From: a virus
Direction: 5' to 3' (one strand)
IMG/VR virus record: IMGVR_UViG_3300027887_000001
Coordinates: 1 to 56,421 of that record
Length of the DNA stretch: 56,421 bases
The notes below the pieces were generated by a model that was not told the origin of the DNA, searched no databases, and saw only the letters and a list, made by a program, of their open reading frames with translations. The translations under genes and the position numbers were made by a program. Shown here one piece after another: positions 8,203 to 17,125 of the stretch (its first letter is position 1; every line of letters starts with the position of its first letter).

Positions 8203-8715
8203 GTGACAATCAAGAACTGGTACGGTGCTGATTCTGAAGAGGAACTTGCGACACGTTTAGACTCCGTGGTCAATAAAGCTCGGTGGATAAGCCACCTAGC
8301 GACATATATTCATGAACTTGATCCAATTCAAGACTTCACTCGCATGAACTCTCAAGCACAGAATGACGAGATACGCGAGGATCCAAAGCACATGTCAGTG
8401 CTGCGATTGGACTACGCAGGTGCTGCACGAACAGCTGAAAATGGTGTTCGAGAGCTTGCCGAAATCATGTTATGCACCAAATGTCTCTTTGATGACCTTC
8501 AACCAGCCTACATAGGTGGCATGCTGATTCCTGAGAACCACGGATATGGTGGTCTGTACGAAGGTGAAGGAATGTTTGGTGGCATCAAGGTAATGATACG
8601 TCTATTCGTTCCTTGGACGCCTACCACATGCGAACTGGTGGCTGAGCCCAACACATACGTACCTGAGCCAGTTAATTGGGTAGTCAAGTGCCCAACACGC
8701 ACAATAGAGGCATAA
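8203..8715 (+). CDS. Hypothetical protein (170 aa), GTG start
   Basis: In-frame GTG at 8203, 6 nt after AAGGAGG (8190-8196). Confidence 0.55.
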   Translation: MTIKNWYGADSEEELATRLDSVVNKARWISHLATYIHELDPIQDFTRMNSQAQNDEIREDPKHMSVLRLDYAGAARTAENGVRELAEIMLCTKCLFDDLQPAYIGGMLIPENHGYGGLYEGEGMFGGIKVMIRLFVPWTPTTCELVAEPNTYVPEPVNWVVKCPTRTIEA

Positions 8716-8716
8716 C

Positions 8717-9037
8717 ATGTCTCCTATAGATAAACCCAAACATCATGCACCTGTAGTAGGTGAATACGTTCACCTCTACTTGTTCAACCATCCCGAGCTC
8801 TCGCAAGCAATGGGACGAGTGCTCGACTATTCGGTGGGCAAAGATGGTATTGAGTCCGTACGGCTCCACGACACCGTACTCGGCAACATCCGTATCAACA
8901 TTCCACCCAATGCACGTTGGGAATGCTGGACGCAAGACGAATACGACAACTGGATGCAGTCCGAAGACTACGACAAGAACACCGAATTCGACGACGACGA
9001 CTCTGACGAGGAAGGAGGTGATAAAGATGACGACTGA
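8717..9037 (+). CDS. Hypothetical protein with poly-acidic C-terminus
   Basis: 106-aa ORF ending in the DDDDSDEEGGDKDDD tail. Confidence 0.55.
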   Translation: MSPIDKPKHHAPVVGEYVHLYLFNHPELSQAMGRVLDYSVGKDGIESVRLHDTVLGNIRINIPPNARWECWTQDEYDNWMQSEDYDKNTEFDDDDSDEEGGDKDDD

Positions 9038-9317
9038 TCACGAAGCTGAGCACTCACGACCTGACGACGAAGATCCTGCACCCGGAATGCATCCCAAGAT
9101 AGGAACGCCGAAGGCTGATGCGGTTGTAGTTACAGTACCCGTTATACTCGCGTTAGAGATTGACGTAGACTTGACTGACTACGACAAGAATTGGCACAAC
9201 GATCTGATTGCCCACGCCATTCGGAAGGTCGTGCATAAGATTGTGAACGATCTACCCACAAATGCTCGACACGTACGTACGTATGTTGCAAGCCATAGTG
9301 CAGATAAGGAGGCATAG
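9027..9317 (+). CDS. Hypothetical protein (96 aa)
   Basis: Start moved to ATG 9027 after gaaggagg (9011-9018). The 5' part of ORF 8760 is a low-complexity overlap. Confidence 0.5.
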   Translation: MTTDHEAEHSRPDDEDPAPGMHPKIGTPKADAVVVTVPVILALEIDVDLTDYDKNWHNDLIAHAIRKVVHKIVNDLPTNARHVRTYVASHSADKEA

Positions 9318-9320
9318 AAC

Positions 9321-9857
9321 ATGGCTGAACAATTGAAAGATAAGTATGATATCCCAGGTGCAGCGGTGTACACGGGATTATCTCCGCAGTATATTCGCAA
9401 TAGAGTACGTGACAAAACGATACCGACGGTGAAAGAACCAATTTCCGAAGGTGCTGTAGTGTTCAAGCATCTCATGACGAGAGAAGCTCTAGACGCATTC
9501 CTGAATGCACCTCGGAAGAATCGAAGAGCCGATCACCGCAACAAGTATGTTGTCTACATGACGCGTACTGAACTTGTAGAAGTCCAGGATGCGCTAAAGG
9601 CGGCGAACTTGCACGACGTTATTGCCACGATGCATCTTGCGAATATAGTGAAGCCTGACTCGAAAGGAAAGCCACATGTTAGGCATCAAAATCGTGAGAC
9701 GAAAGCAAAAGCAACTCGTCCAGATAGGCCTCTCGAAGAGATTGTCGCCGAAACCCAAGACAACCTCGAGTTCCAAAAGAACCTCGAAGAAGTCCGTGCC
9801 ATCAAGACTCCAGTGGCTCGAACGCGTCGACCAAAGCCTGAAGGAATTGAGCCATGA
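9321..9857 (+). CDS. Excisionase/MerR-type HTH DNA-binding protein (paralog 1 of 4)
   Basis: AAVYTGLSPQYIRNRVRDKTIP helix-turn-helix, then LDAF, a basic linker and YVVYMTRTELVEV. Same layout as 12373, 54218 and 55696. Confidence 0.55.
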   Translation: MAEQLKDKYDIPGAAVYTGLSPQYIRNRVRDKTIPTVKEPISEGAVVFKHLMTREALDAFLNAPRKNRRADHRNKYVVYMTRTELVEVQDALKAANLHDVIATMHLANIVKPDSKGKPHVRHQNRETKAKATRPDRPLEEIVAETQDNLEFQKNLEEVRAIKTPVARTRRPKPEGIEP

Positions 9858-10561
9858 GATCCGTAACGATCAACAGCGACAAGCCGGATGCACTGGCAGA
9901 GGTGATCAACAAGGAACCGAATCAAGCCGGAGTAGCGACTTGGTTTTCAGTCCAGTCACTCCTTCCAGGAGCATACGACGTGATAACCTTGGGAGAGCCG
10001 ATCAAGAATTGGCGTCTAGTACAACGGTTAGCAGCACCAACGGCTACAGTGATCCTGGAGCGACCAACACTGAGCATCGTATCGTGGCTGACAATCAAAA
10101 AGGCGATCAGGAACGGAGCGCTACCGAGTCCAGCATTTGAGTTCAACGATACGTTTGGACCAATGAGTCGTGGTGTAATCCTTGATCGAGATGCTGACAA
10201 GGAATCAGAGAAGCTCAAAGGTTGGATGGAAGGTCCTGCATGGGATCATCAGAGGTTGAATATATCCTTCCTTACCCGCCTTGCTACTATCCATCGTGTG
10301 CAGGAATTCAACCTGCAACAAGCGTATGCAACCTACTACTACCACCACGCTAAGAGTTCGAATAGCACTGGCTGGTATGGTCCGCCTAACTACGAATACT
10401 GGATGAAGATGAACGTGCGTAACCAGGTTGCAGCGGCGGCCACCAAGGGCGTGTTACAACGTGTTGCAAAAGGTTGGTATGGCTTCAGACTCTGGGTACT
10501 CGAATCGCTCGAGAATGAAGTCATCGATCATGCAGCATCTCAGCGAGGGCATCATGCCTAA
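9854..10561 (+). CDS. Hypothetical protein (235 aa)
   Basis: ATGA overlap with the upstream gene. No motif recognised. Confidence 0.55.
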   Translation: MRSVTINSDKPDALAEVINKEPNQAGVATWFSVQSLLPGAYDVITLGEPIKNWRLVQRLAAPTATVILERPTLSIVSWLTIKKAIRNGALPSPAFEFNDTFGPMSRGVILDRDADKESEKLKGWMEGPAWDHQRLNISFLTRLATIHRVQEFNLQQAYATYYYHHAKSSNSTGWYGPPNYEYWMKMNVRNQVAAAATKGVLQRVAKGWYGFRLWVLESLENEVIDHAASQRGHHA

Positions 10562-11156
10562 AGCTAAGCCTAAGATAACGCCTGTTGTGCAACGTAACAT
10601 CTATGTGTTCGATTCAGGCACACACGAAGTATTGCCAGAACATCGTATCTATGCTGTATCCTACGAGCCATTCTGGCAAACAGTACGCATGAAACTTGCT
10701 TTTCGTACTGTGGATGACACTGTAGCCTCACTCGCACGTATGGATGCCTATATCGCATTGGAGGATCCTGGACATGCACACCAATGTGCATTATGGCGTT
10801 GCTACAATCTCGCTTTGGCTATACCACATAATCAAATCAATATGCGTACAGGCATTCACTATATCGAGGCCTCAGCTTCGGCTATAATCGATGCCTACTT
10901 GGGTAGGATCATTGATCGAATACGTGAAGCTGGGCAGCCTGAGTATTGGGATTGGAATGACACACGGAAACCGTTGACTCAAATGTGTGTTGCAGGATCA
11001 CAACACGAGATCCAGCAGATCTGGCAATCCTTGACTGACTCACGTGCGCGTAAGAAAGATGCCAAGACTGAGTTACGCTACTTCTTGGACATGATTAGTG
11101 ATACGTTGGATAGGTACGAAGACTATGGAGGTAAAAATGACAACACTACCCAATAG
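10554..11156 (+). CDS. Hypothetical protein (200 aa)
   Basis: Start moved to ATG 10554 (MPKAKPK...), overlapping the upstream stop by 8 nt. Confidence 0.5.
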   Translation: MPKAKPKITPVVQRNIYVFDSGTHEVLPEHRIYAVSYEPFWQTVRMKLAFRTVDDTVASLARMDAYIALEDPGHAHQCALWRCYNLALAIPHNQINMRTGIHYIEASASAIIDAYLGRIIDRIREAGQPEYWDWNDTRKPLTQMCVAGSQHEIQQIWQSLTDSRARKKDAKTELRYFLDMISDTLDRYEDYGGKNDNTTQ

Positions 11157-11454
11157 CACAATTCCAGTCGAAGCTGAACCCCATGCAGTGACTGTAGGCG
11201 ATAAGCAAGCAGTCGTTGGCGTATCAGACTTCAAGGGACGTCGGTTTCTCGAATACCGATACCTGTACACGAAGGTTGGGGGGACTTTTGACGGTCCTGG
11301 TCTGATCAAATGGGAACGTGGCACCAATGGAGTGAACATCCCAATTGAAGACGCTGAGAAAGCACTCCAGGCAATCCTGGCCACGTTAGGCGCCTATCGT
11401 GGAGTACGTTTGGTTGTTACAATTGTTACAACTGATGAAGGAGAGGTGGTGTAA
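11137..11454 (+). CDS. PC4/YdbC-like ssDNA-binding protein (tentative)
   Basis: VGVSDFKGRRFLEYRYLY...GPGLIKWERGTNGVNIPIEDAEKALQAI resembles the PC4 pattern (fkG..ldiR.y...kGi.l). Start after ggaggtaaaa. Confidence 0.4.
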   Translation: MTTLPNSTIPVEAEPHAVTVGDKQAVVGVSDFKGRRFLEYRYLYTKVGGTFDGPGLIKWERGTNGVNIPIEDAEKALQAILATLGAYRGVRLVVTIVTTDEGEVV

Positions 11455-11711
11455 TGTATGACGACTTTTTTGAACTCAAGCTCTTTGGTACCATAATGCT
11501 GATATTTGTGCTCGGAATCGGACTAGTGGTCGGTTTAGTGGCCCTTGGCGAAAAGAACTACTGTGCATCCATGACCACTCTAGCCCCCACATTCGAGTTC
11601 CATTTCGACTTCTGGACTGGTTGTGTAGTCGAAGCACCAAATGGATACTGGGTAGATGCCAGCGAGTATCGGTACATTGAAGGTAATCTCGATTACAACG
11701 GAGGTGAGTAA
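11454..11711 (+). CDS. Small membrane protein (85 aa)
   Basis: N-terminal TM segment LFGTIMLIFVLGIGLVVGLVAL. ATG overlaps the upstream stop. Confidence 0.55.
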   Translation: MYDDFFELKLFGTIMLIFVLGIGLVVGLVALGEKNYCASMTTLAPTFEFHFDFWTGCVVEAPNGYWVDASEYRYIEGNLDYNGGE

Positions 11712-11893
11712 TGCCAACAGTCGATAGCAGTGGTGATCCAGTCGAGAAGCGGAACGTTGTCAAGGAGGTGATCCTGAAACTCTGGTGTGATATATGTGGG
11801 GACGACAAGGAGTTCAAACTCACAAGGGAAACACGGACACGAGAGTTCTACAAGGACTCCGAAGGTCATGAAAAGATGTACCGTGTCCGATAA
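11711..11893 (+). CDS. Small zinc-ribbon-like protein (60 aa)
   Basis: ggaggtgagtaATG RBS. Contains a CDIC motif. Confidence 0.5.
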   Translation: MPTVDSSGDPVEKRNVVKEVILKLWCDICGDDKEFKLTRETRTREFYKDSEGHEKMYRVR

Positions 11894-11945
11894 GCAAGTG
11901 CCCCCAAGGCACACTGTGCGTCGTCGACGCAGAAAGGAGGTATAT

Positions 11946-12227
11946 ATGGGATTACGCAACCCAAGGATCGCACTCATTATCGTGAACATCATAATAGCGA
12001 TACCATGGTTAGCGGGCTCAATAACGGATAAACAAGCAGTGATGATGGTTATCGTCAGCAATGCTGTCGCAGCCATACTGAACTACTTCGCATTCAGACA
12101 GTCCGATGAATCCAATGAGTGGCTCGTAGAGCACATGGAGATGAATGATGTAAACAATCCAGATACAGAATTCATCACTTTGAAGGCCCGGATCAAGAAA
12201 GACCATAGTGTGTCCGGAAGAGATTGA
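11946..12227 (+). CDS. Small membrane protein (93 aa)
   Basis: Start at ATG 11946 after aaaggagg. TM segments IALIIVNIIIAIPWLAG and VMMVIVSNAVAAILNYF. Confidence 0.55.
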   Translation: MGLRNPRIALIIVNIIIAIPWLAGSITDKQAVMMVIVSNAVAAILNYFAFRQSDESNEWLVEHMEMNDVNNPDTEFITLKARIKKDHSVSGRD

Positions 12228-12372
12228 AACTTAGGTTCTCACGAAACTCTAACGTTCAATCTATTGATTTGGGTGTATAATATAAGCAAGTCAACCAATT
12301 TGAGTGCGTGTACGTGTTGCGCACATTCAACCTAATGGCCCGCAAGTGCCTAACTTGCAAGGAGAATATATA

Positions 12373-12834
12373 ATGTCACCGTTAGATCTGAGCTCAGTAC
12401 CTTTTCCCGCCGTAATGGAACTCCGTGATGCAGCCGTTTACATGCGCATCTCCGAAATGCGGATCCGCACGCTGGCTCGCGAAGGTGCCCTCAAGGGTAC
12501 CAAGAACGCCGAGACCGGCCACTGGGAATTCAAAAAGACCGACCTGGATGCCTTCAATGCAACTCCTCGTGTTCGCAAGGCTGGGTCCGGTCCCCGCGGT
12601 AACGGCAAGTCCTATGTGATCGTCGTTCCGTTCGAAAAGACCGAAGCTGTCACCGCTGATCTGGCGAAGCACGGCGTCAAGTTGCAGCCTCGCTACAACT
12701 ACGAAGCCCAGAAGGCTTACCGTGTGAAACGGAATGCCGATCTGAAAGCCAAGAAAGCCGCTGGTGGAACTGCACCGAGCAAGACCGTGGTTACGCCTGC
12801 GCCCGCGAAACCCGCCGTCGCTCCCGCCAAGTAA
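12373..12834 (+). CDS. Excisionase/MerR-type HTH DNA-binding protein (paralog 2 of 4) with Ala/Pro/Lys-rich tail
   Basis: LRDAAVYMRISEMRIRTLAREGALKG HTH, then DLDAF, a basic linker and YVIVVPFEKTEAV. Start at ATG 12373 after aaggaga. Confidence 0.6.
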   Translation: MSPLDLSSVPFPAVMELRDAAVYMRISEMRIRTLAREGALKGTKNAETGHWEFKKTDLDAFNATPRVRKAGSGPRGNGKSYVIVVPFEKTEAVTADLAKHGVKLQPRYNYEAQKAYRVKRNADLKAKKAAGGTAPSKTVVTPAPAKPAVAPAK

Positions 12835-12920
12835 CAAATACGCCTAGTGGCAATACCGATCCGTAATACGCCAGGCGTACTGAGCCTGCTGCTTTTAGAG
12901 CAGCACTAGGCGAAGAAACT

Positions 12921-12966
12921 GCAGGCAGACTCAAGGTAACACGATCACGAGTCTGCCTGCCTTTCT
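12921..12966 (+). terminator. Intrinsic terminator
   Basis: Perfect 12-bp stem gcaggcagactc (12921-12932) / gagtctgcctgc (12949-12960), followed by ctttct. Confidence 0.65.
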
Positions 12967-12993
12967 ATCTAATACCAGTCACAAGGAGGTAAC

Positions 12994-13566
12994 ATGACGC
13001 AGACGTCAGATATCAAGAAACTGTTCGGCCTGTTCGCAGGAATCAGTAAGAAGCTCGAGGCACTCGATAACAATCTCAGCGAACATATTACACAGGGCAT
13101 GCGCCCAGGACAAGTTGTTGCCCCGAAGCAGGGTGATCCTGTCACCGTAGTCAATATGGACTACTCGAAGGTGGAAGAGAAGGTTGTGGCTGCTATCTCC
13201 GATACAATTCGGGAAGCCTTAGAAAAAAATATGCCCCTCGCTTTTGGTTTGCCCTCGGATCCTCCCGTCCAAAAAAGACCCACGCCAATTTGGCCTGCAT
13301 ACGACGAACACGTTCGCGTAGGGGCCCTCTATGTTGATCTCCATCAGCCCTGCAAACAGATTCAAGGGCTGCGACAATCGCTCAGTGCGCAGGACGTCGA
13401 TGCAATTCTTGAATGCATTCGGAGCACCGCTGGTCAGCATGCACGCTGGATTGTCTACGAGGATGCCAAGGGTGAGTATCGGGATCGAGAGCTGATTGGT
13501 AAGCTCGAAAGAAGGCGCGAGCACATGGAGCGCCTAATCAAAGTCTTCAGAGGAGGTTTCAAATGA
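12994..13566 (+). CDS. Hypothetical protein (190 aa)
   Basis: caaggaggtaacATG RBS. Confidence 0.6.
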   Translation: MTQTSDIKKLFGLFAGISKKLEALDNNLSEHITQGMRPGQVVAPKQGDPVTVVNMDYSKVEEKVVAAISDTIREALEKNMPLAFGLPSDPPVQKRPTPIWPAYDEHVRVGALYVDLHQPCKQIQGLRQSLSAQDVDAILECIRSTAGQHARWIVYEDAKGEYRDRELIGKLERRREHMERLIKVFRGGFK

Positions 13567-14141
13567 AAGTCACACGTTACATCCTTGTCATCGTGTACCT
13601 ATTGTTTCTGTTAGGGTGCACACCAGCAGGGCAACAGCTTGATGTCACAGCCCCCGTGCAAGAGCTTGCGAATGCTGACACCATGTTAGCAGGCGTAGGT
13701 GTACCTGGTGACGGAAACGTCATCGCTTTGGGGTTGATTGACACCATTCGCTATCTGCGTTTGACCATGCAAGAGGCTCCCAATACGTTCATCATGGTAG
13801 GTCCAAATGGAGAATACTTCTTCGCATGGGCTATGAAGTCAAACGTATGGGGCTTCATGGGTCTCACTCCTAATGGCGCACCGTTGATGGATCCTAAGCA
13901 ATTCTGTGGAGGTAACTACTCGAACTGTTTGACCTTCGCAGGACTTGTCAAGTATCTTGAGACTATAGGCTGGACATATGCAACACCTTCGCAGTTACCT
14001 CCATGGCTGGTAACAGCGTTGACCAACACTCAACAGTTTCTAATGAACTACTCAGCCATGCTAGTGACACCGGCGATCTTCATCATACCTGGAACGACGC
14101 TACCTGACTTGATGCCACTACCTGCGCCGATTCAAGGATAA
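13563..14141 (+). CDS. Predicted lipoprotein (192 aa)
   Basis: Signal peptide MKVTRYILVIVYLLFLLGC with lipobox L-L-G-C. ATGA overlap with the upstream gene. Confidence 0.6.
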   Translation: MKVTRYILVIVYLLFLLGCTPAGQQLDVTAPVQELANADTMLAGVGVPGDGNVIALGLIDTIRYLRLTMQEAPNTFIMVGPNGEYFFAWAMKSNVWGFMGLTPNGAPLMDPKQFCGGNYSNCLTFAGLVKYLETIGWTYATPSQLPPWLVTALTNTQQFLMNYSAMLVTPAIFIIPGTTLPDLMPLPAPIQG

Positions 14142-14302
14142 CTTAGTAAGCACGGCCTTTGGAGGCTGAACTTGCCGAAGCTCAGCCTTCAGGTGCTGTA
14201 CTATACTCAAGGTCTCCATTATTCGTGACAACCTCGCGCGAAGGGAAAGGTAAGGAGCAGAGGCTCCAGGAAGCAGTATCGATAGAGTTCGACGCGATTG
14301 GA

Positions 14303-14587
14303 ATGACGGTAGTGTGGACCTACTTACAGCAGAGAGGAGTAGTCGTGAAGACAATAACGTTTGAGTACCAACTTGCAGATGGTCGAATAGTATCCGTTGA
14401 AGCTACCCTTACTCCACCCGATAGAAGTGTGGGTATAGACTGGGAGACTGTAGACGACCTCAAGATCACCGATTCAGATGGTGGTACAGTCGAAGTTGCG
14501 GAAGAAGAAGACGATCGTATCTGCGATAAGGCTTGCCTGCTATCTGCACAAGCACAGCGTGAACCTATACCAGGTGACTATGACTAA
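14303..14587 (+). CDS. Hypothetical acidic protein (start uncertain: ATG 14303 or GTG 14345)
   Basis: The ORF-track 5' end (14159) runs through a hairpin-containing spacer. GTG 14345 follows gagaggag. Confidence 0.4.
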   Translation: MTVVWTYLQQRGVVVKTITFEYQLADGRIVSVEATLTPPDRSVGIDWETVDDLKITDSDGGTVEVAEEEDDRICDKACLLSAQAQREPIPGDYD

Positions 14588-14984
14588 CGACACAATGGTC
14601 ATAGGATGTTGGAAGTGTGGTGGTGGAATCATCTTACCAATCACACATGGTAAGAACACTGGTTACGAATACGAGCTTGATGATGCTATAGAGAATCCAG
14701 CTCTATTACAAGATCTTCGCGATGCCCATGGCTATTGCCCTCATTGTGGCACTCCCTTCAGGATTATCTTTGCAGCATGGGTTGTTGAGAACTTCAAGGA
14801 TGAAGAAGAAAAGCTCGATTGGCAGGTTACACCTAGAGAAGAATGGAGGCGAGAACATGAAACTAGAGCACTTAGCGGAACTCTCACTGTTGGAGATGAT
14901 AGTAATATGGCGAGCAACGAAGACACAACAGCAGCATCGCAAAGTAGTGACCCTTACGAGATCCGAAGTTCGGGAACTGCGTGA
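14580..14984 (+). CDS. Zinc-ribbon protein (134 aa)
   Basis: Start at ATG 14580. Contains CWKCGG and CPHCGTPF pairs. Confidence 0.5.
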   Translation: MTNDTMVIGCWKCGGGIILPITHGKNTGYEYELDDAIENPALLQDLRDAHGYCPHCGTPFRIIFAAWVVENFKDEEEKLDWQVTPREEWRREHETRALSGTLTVGDDSNMASNEDTTAASQSSDPYEIRSSGTA

Positions 14985-15249
14985 TATGTTCGACGATGCC
15001 CAAATGACTTGCACGTATCACCTGAAGTCGCATTGGCTTCTTGGTTGGATCGAACGTCGCTTGTTAGCCAAGCGTTCTGCAATCAACGCTCTCATCGATA
15101 TCATGAGTCCTGGAGCGTCCATTGTAGTTGGTTCGTTACCGGCAGATACGCACTTTGCAATTCGTGGTGCAAACACTGCCCACTTCCGTAACGTGGGGTC
15201 TACAATTGAAGAAGGGAGAGTTGACGATGATTCATTGTCTATCGATTGA
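14857..15249 (+). CDS. Hypothetical protein (start uncertain: 14857, 14896 or 14986)
   Basis: ggaggcgagaacATG at 14857, but this overlaps 14580..14984 by 128 nt. ATG 14986 would abut the upstream stop. Confidence 0.35.
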   Translation: MKLEHLAELSLLEMIVIWRATKTQQQHRKVVTLTRSEVRELRDMFDDAQMTCTYHLKSHWLLGWIERRLLAKRSAINALIDIMSPGASIVVGSLPADTHFAIRGANTAHFRNVGSTIEEGRVDDDSLSID

Positions 15250-15694
15250 TCCAGGTAAGACAACGGGAGTATGTACGTTTGGCTTTGACCATCTGGCTAA
15301 GTCAATTGAAGATGCCTTCCATCCAGTTGAGTGTCTCGAGATTGCATGGGAAGATCGTTTCTATATGCTCGAGAAGCTCATCATGGGACGTGGCATGTAT
15401 GCTGAACTCAAGCCACAGATAATCGTCTTCGAGAACTTTCGATTGCGCCAAGGTCGTGCATTCGAACAATCAGGTTCGGACTTTCCGTCATCTCAGGTAA
15501 TTGGTATTGTAGGAGCATATGCTGCATTGATGATACCCAACCCTATCTTGGTTTCTCAAGAACCGGCTGCAATGACTCGCGTAGCCGTTAGAGAGGAACA
15601 CCTGAAGTTGATAACAGGCTCCTTACATAAAATAGATGCCTACAAACATGCCAGATACTACACCATCATGAATCACGTTTCGATGGTAGTATAG
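15227..15694 (+). CDS. RuvC-like Holliday junction resolvase
   Basis: N-terminal MIHCLSIDPGKTTGVC matches the RuvC-fold IDPG..tG motif. Size (155 aa) and position beside the helicase fit. Confidence 0.55.
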   Translation: MIHCLSIDPGKTTGVCTFGFDHLAKSIEDAFHPVECLEIAWEDRFYMLEKLIMGRGMYAELKPQIIVFENFRLRQGRAFEQSGSDFPSSQVIGIVGAYAALMIPNPILVSQEPAAMTRVAVREEHLKLITGSLHKIDAYKHARYYTIMNHVSMVV

Positions 15695-15703
15695 GAATGT
15701 GCA

Positions 15704-17035
15704 ATGAAGACACTCTATCCCTTCCAACAGGAAGCTGTCAATAAGGGTGTTGGTGCACCAGGCTTCTTGATCGCAGACGAATGCGGATTGGGTAAAACCA
15801 TCACCGCACTCGAGATTGTCAAGGCAGCACGCGATTGCAACGAGTTGCTTGCGGACATGCCTGAGATGCCGTGGAGGGGCTTGGTGATTTGTCCACCAGC
15901 CCTGATACAGCAATGGATTGATGCAATCACGGATCAAGATCCTGGCAACATGATCATGATTAGCAATCGCATCCCACGCAACTATGCAGACTTGGATGGC
16001 TGGTTGCTAATGTCGTGTTACGACTTACATGCACCCACTGTTGTGCAGAACATTGCGAACACTGTATGGGATACTATTATCCTTGATGAAGCACATCGTA
16101 TCAAGAATCGCAAGACGAAGATGGCCGTTGCTGCAAAGCATATACCTGCAGGCAGGAAGATAGCACTCACGGGAACTCCAATGGAAGCTACTGCAGCAGA
16201 CATTTGGTCGATACTCAACTGGTGTAATCCTGATGCCTTCCCTTCGTATTGGTCATTCGTTGGGAAGTACATTATCAAGACGCCAGGTTACATGGATCAC
16301 TGGAAACTTGGCGGGGCAAAGGATCCTGTTGAATTTGGCCGCGTGCTCGAACCTTTCATGATTAGAAGGACGAAGGAAGAGGTTGCACCGCAGTTACCTG
16401 AGAAGATTATCATCGATACTCATGTACCTCTACTTCTGCAGCAGCTTGAATTGTATAACACAATTAGGAACTCGAAGGATATCTTAGTAGGAACATCTGG
16501 AGGTAACTTAGTTATCCCGAACGTGTTGGCTCTTGTAACTAAGTTACAACAGGTATCTGCATGGCCTGCATTACTAGGTCTCGAGAACAACGCTCATCGT
16601 GAAATGAACTCCGCCAAGATAGATTGGTTGTTTGAGTTCCTGACTGACCATCCAGCAGATCTTGAGCCATGTGTCATCTTTACGCGGTTTCGAGACTTGG
16701 CAATCGAGCTTGCGACGAAACTCGAATGTGACATGGTTGTAGGCGGGCACAGGGGCAATGTGGGGGGACCGTTGCTTGTCGGCACTATCGATGCTATGGG
16801 AGAAGGACTCAATCTCCAGTGGGCTAAGAATGTAGTATTCATGGATGGTCATTGGTCTTCGCAGAAGATGACGCAGGCAATCGATCGCGTTCATCGTATT
16901 GATATCAAGGAACCGAAGAACATCTATATGCTTTGGTCTACATACGAAGATAGGTCCATCTATGATGCATATGAGAAGAAGATGTCCGAGTCCGAGTTTG
17001 TGTACTATTATATCAGGGGCTCACAAAGGACCTAA
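15704..17035 (+). CDS. SNF2-family (SF2) DNA helicase/translocase
   Basis: Motif I LIADECGLGKT, motif II ILDEAHRIKN, motif III LTGTPMEA, motif VI QAIDRVHRI. Confidence 0.9.
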   Translation: MKTLYPFQQEAVNKGVGAPGFLIADECGLGKTITALEIVKAARDCNELLADMPEMPWRGLVICPPALIQQWIDAITDQDPGNMIMISNRIPRNYADLDGWLLMSCYDLHAPTVVQNIANTVWDTIILDEAHRIKNRKTKMAVAAKHIPAGRKIALTGTPMEATAADIWSILNWCNPDAFPSYWSFVGKYIIKTPGYMDHWKLGGAKDPVEFGRVLEPFMIRRTKEEVAPQLPEKIIIDTHVPLLLQQLELYNTIRNSKDILVGTSGGNLVIPNVLALVTKLQQVSAWPALLGLENNAHREMNSAKIDWLFEFLTDHPADLEPCVIFTRFRDLAIELATKLECDMVVGGHRGNVGGPLLVGTIDAMGEGLNLQWAKNVVFMDGHWSSQKMTQAIDRVHRIDIKEPKNIYMLWSTYEDRSIYDAYEKKMSESEFVYYYIRGSQRT

Positions 17036-17055
17036 GTTGTATGATACCTAAGCCC

Positions 17056-17084
17056 TTGCATGTTTTTTAGACTTAGGTTATAAT
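17056..17084 (+). promoter_or_regulatory. Near-consensus sigma70-type promoter (TTGCAT-17 nt-TATAAT)
   Basis: -35 at 17056-17061 and -10 at 17079-17084. cctaag/cttagg inverted repeat brackets the -35 and spacer. Confidence 0.7.
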
Positions 17085-17125
17085 TGAACCAATCGCAGCA
17101 GTGCGCTAACAACTGGAGGTAAGTC

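Noticed and set aside
9321-9857. Lysogeny module (excisionase plus integrase)
   Set aside because: The HTH proteins resemble excisionase-type domains. However, no tyrosine or serine recombinase, CI/Cro-like switch or att-like repeat could be recognised, so I did not call them excisionases or the phage temperate.
12241-12300. Promoter upstream of the HTH gene at 12373
   Set aside because: A TATAAT box is present at 12276-12281. However, no TTG-type -35 lies at 16-18 nt and there is no proper TGn extended -10, so I did not list it as a feature, although the 145-nt gap probably contains a promoter.
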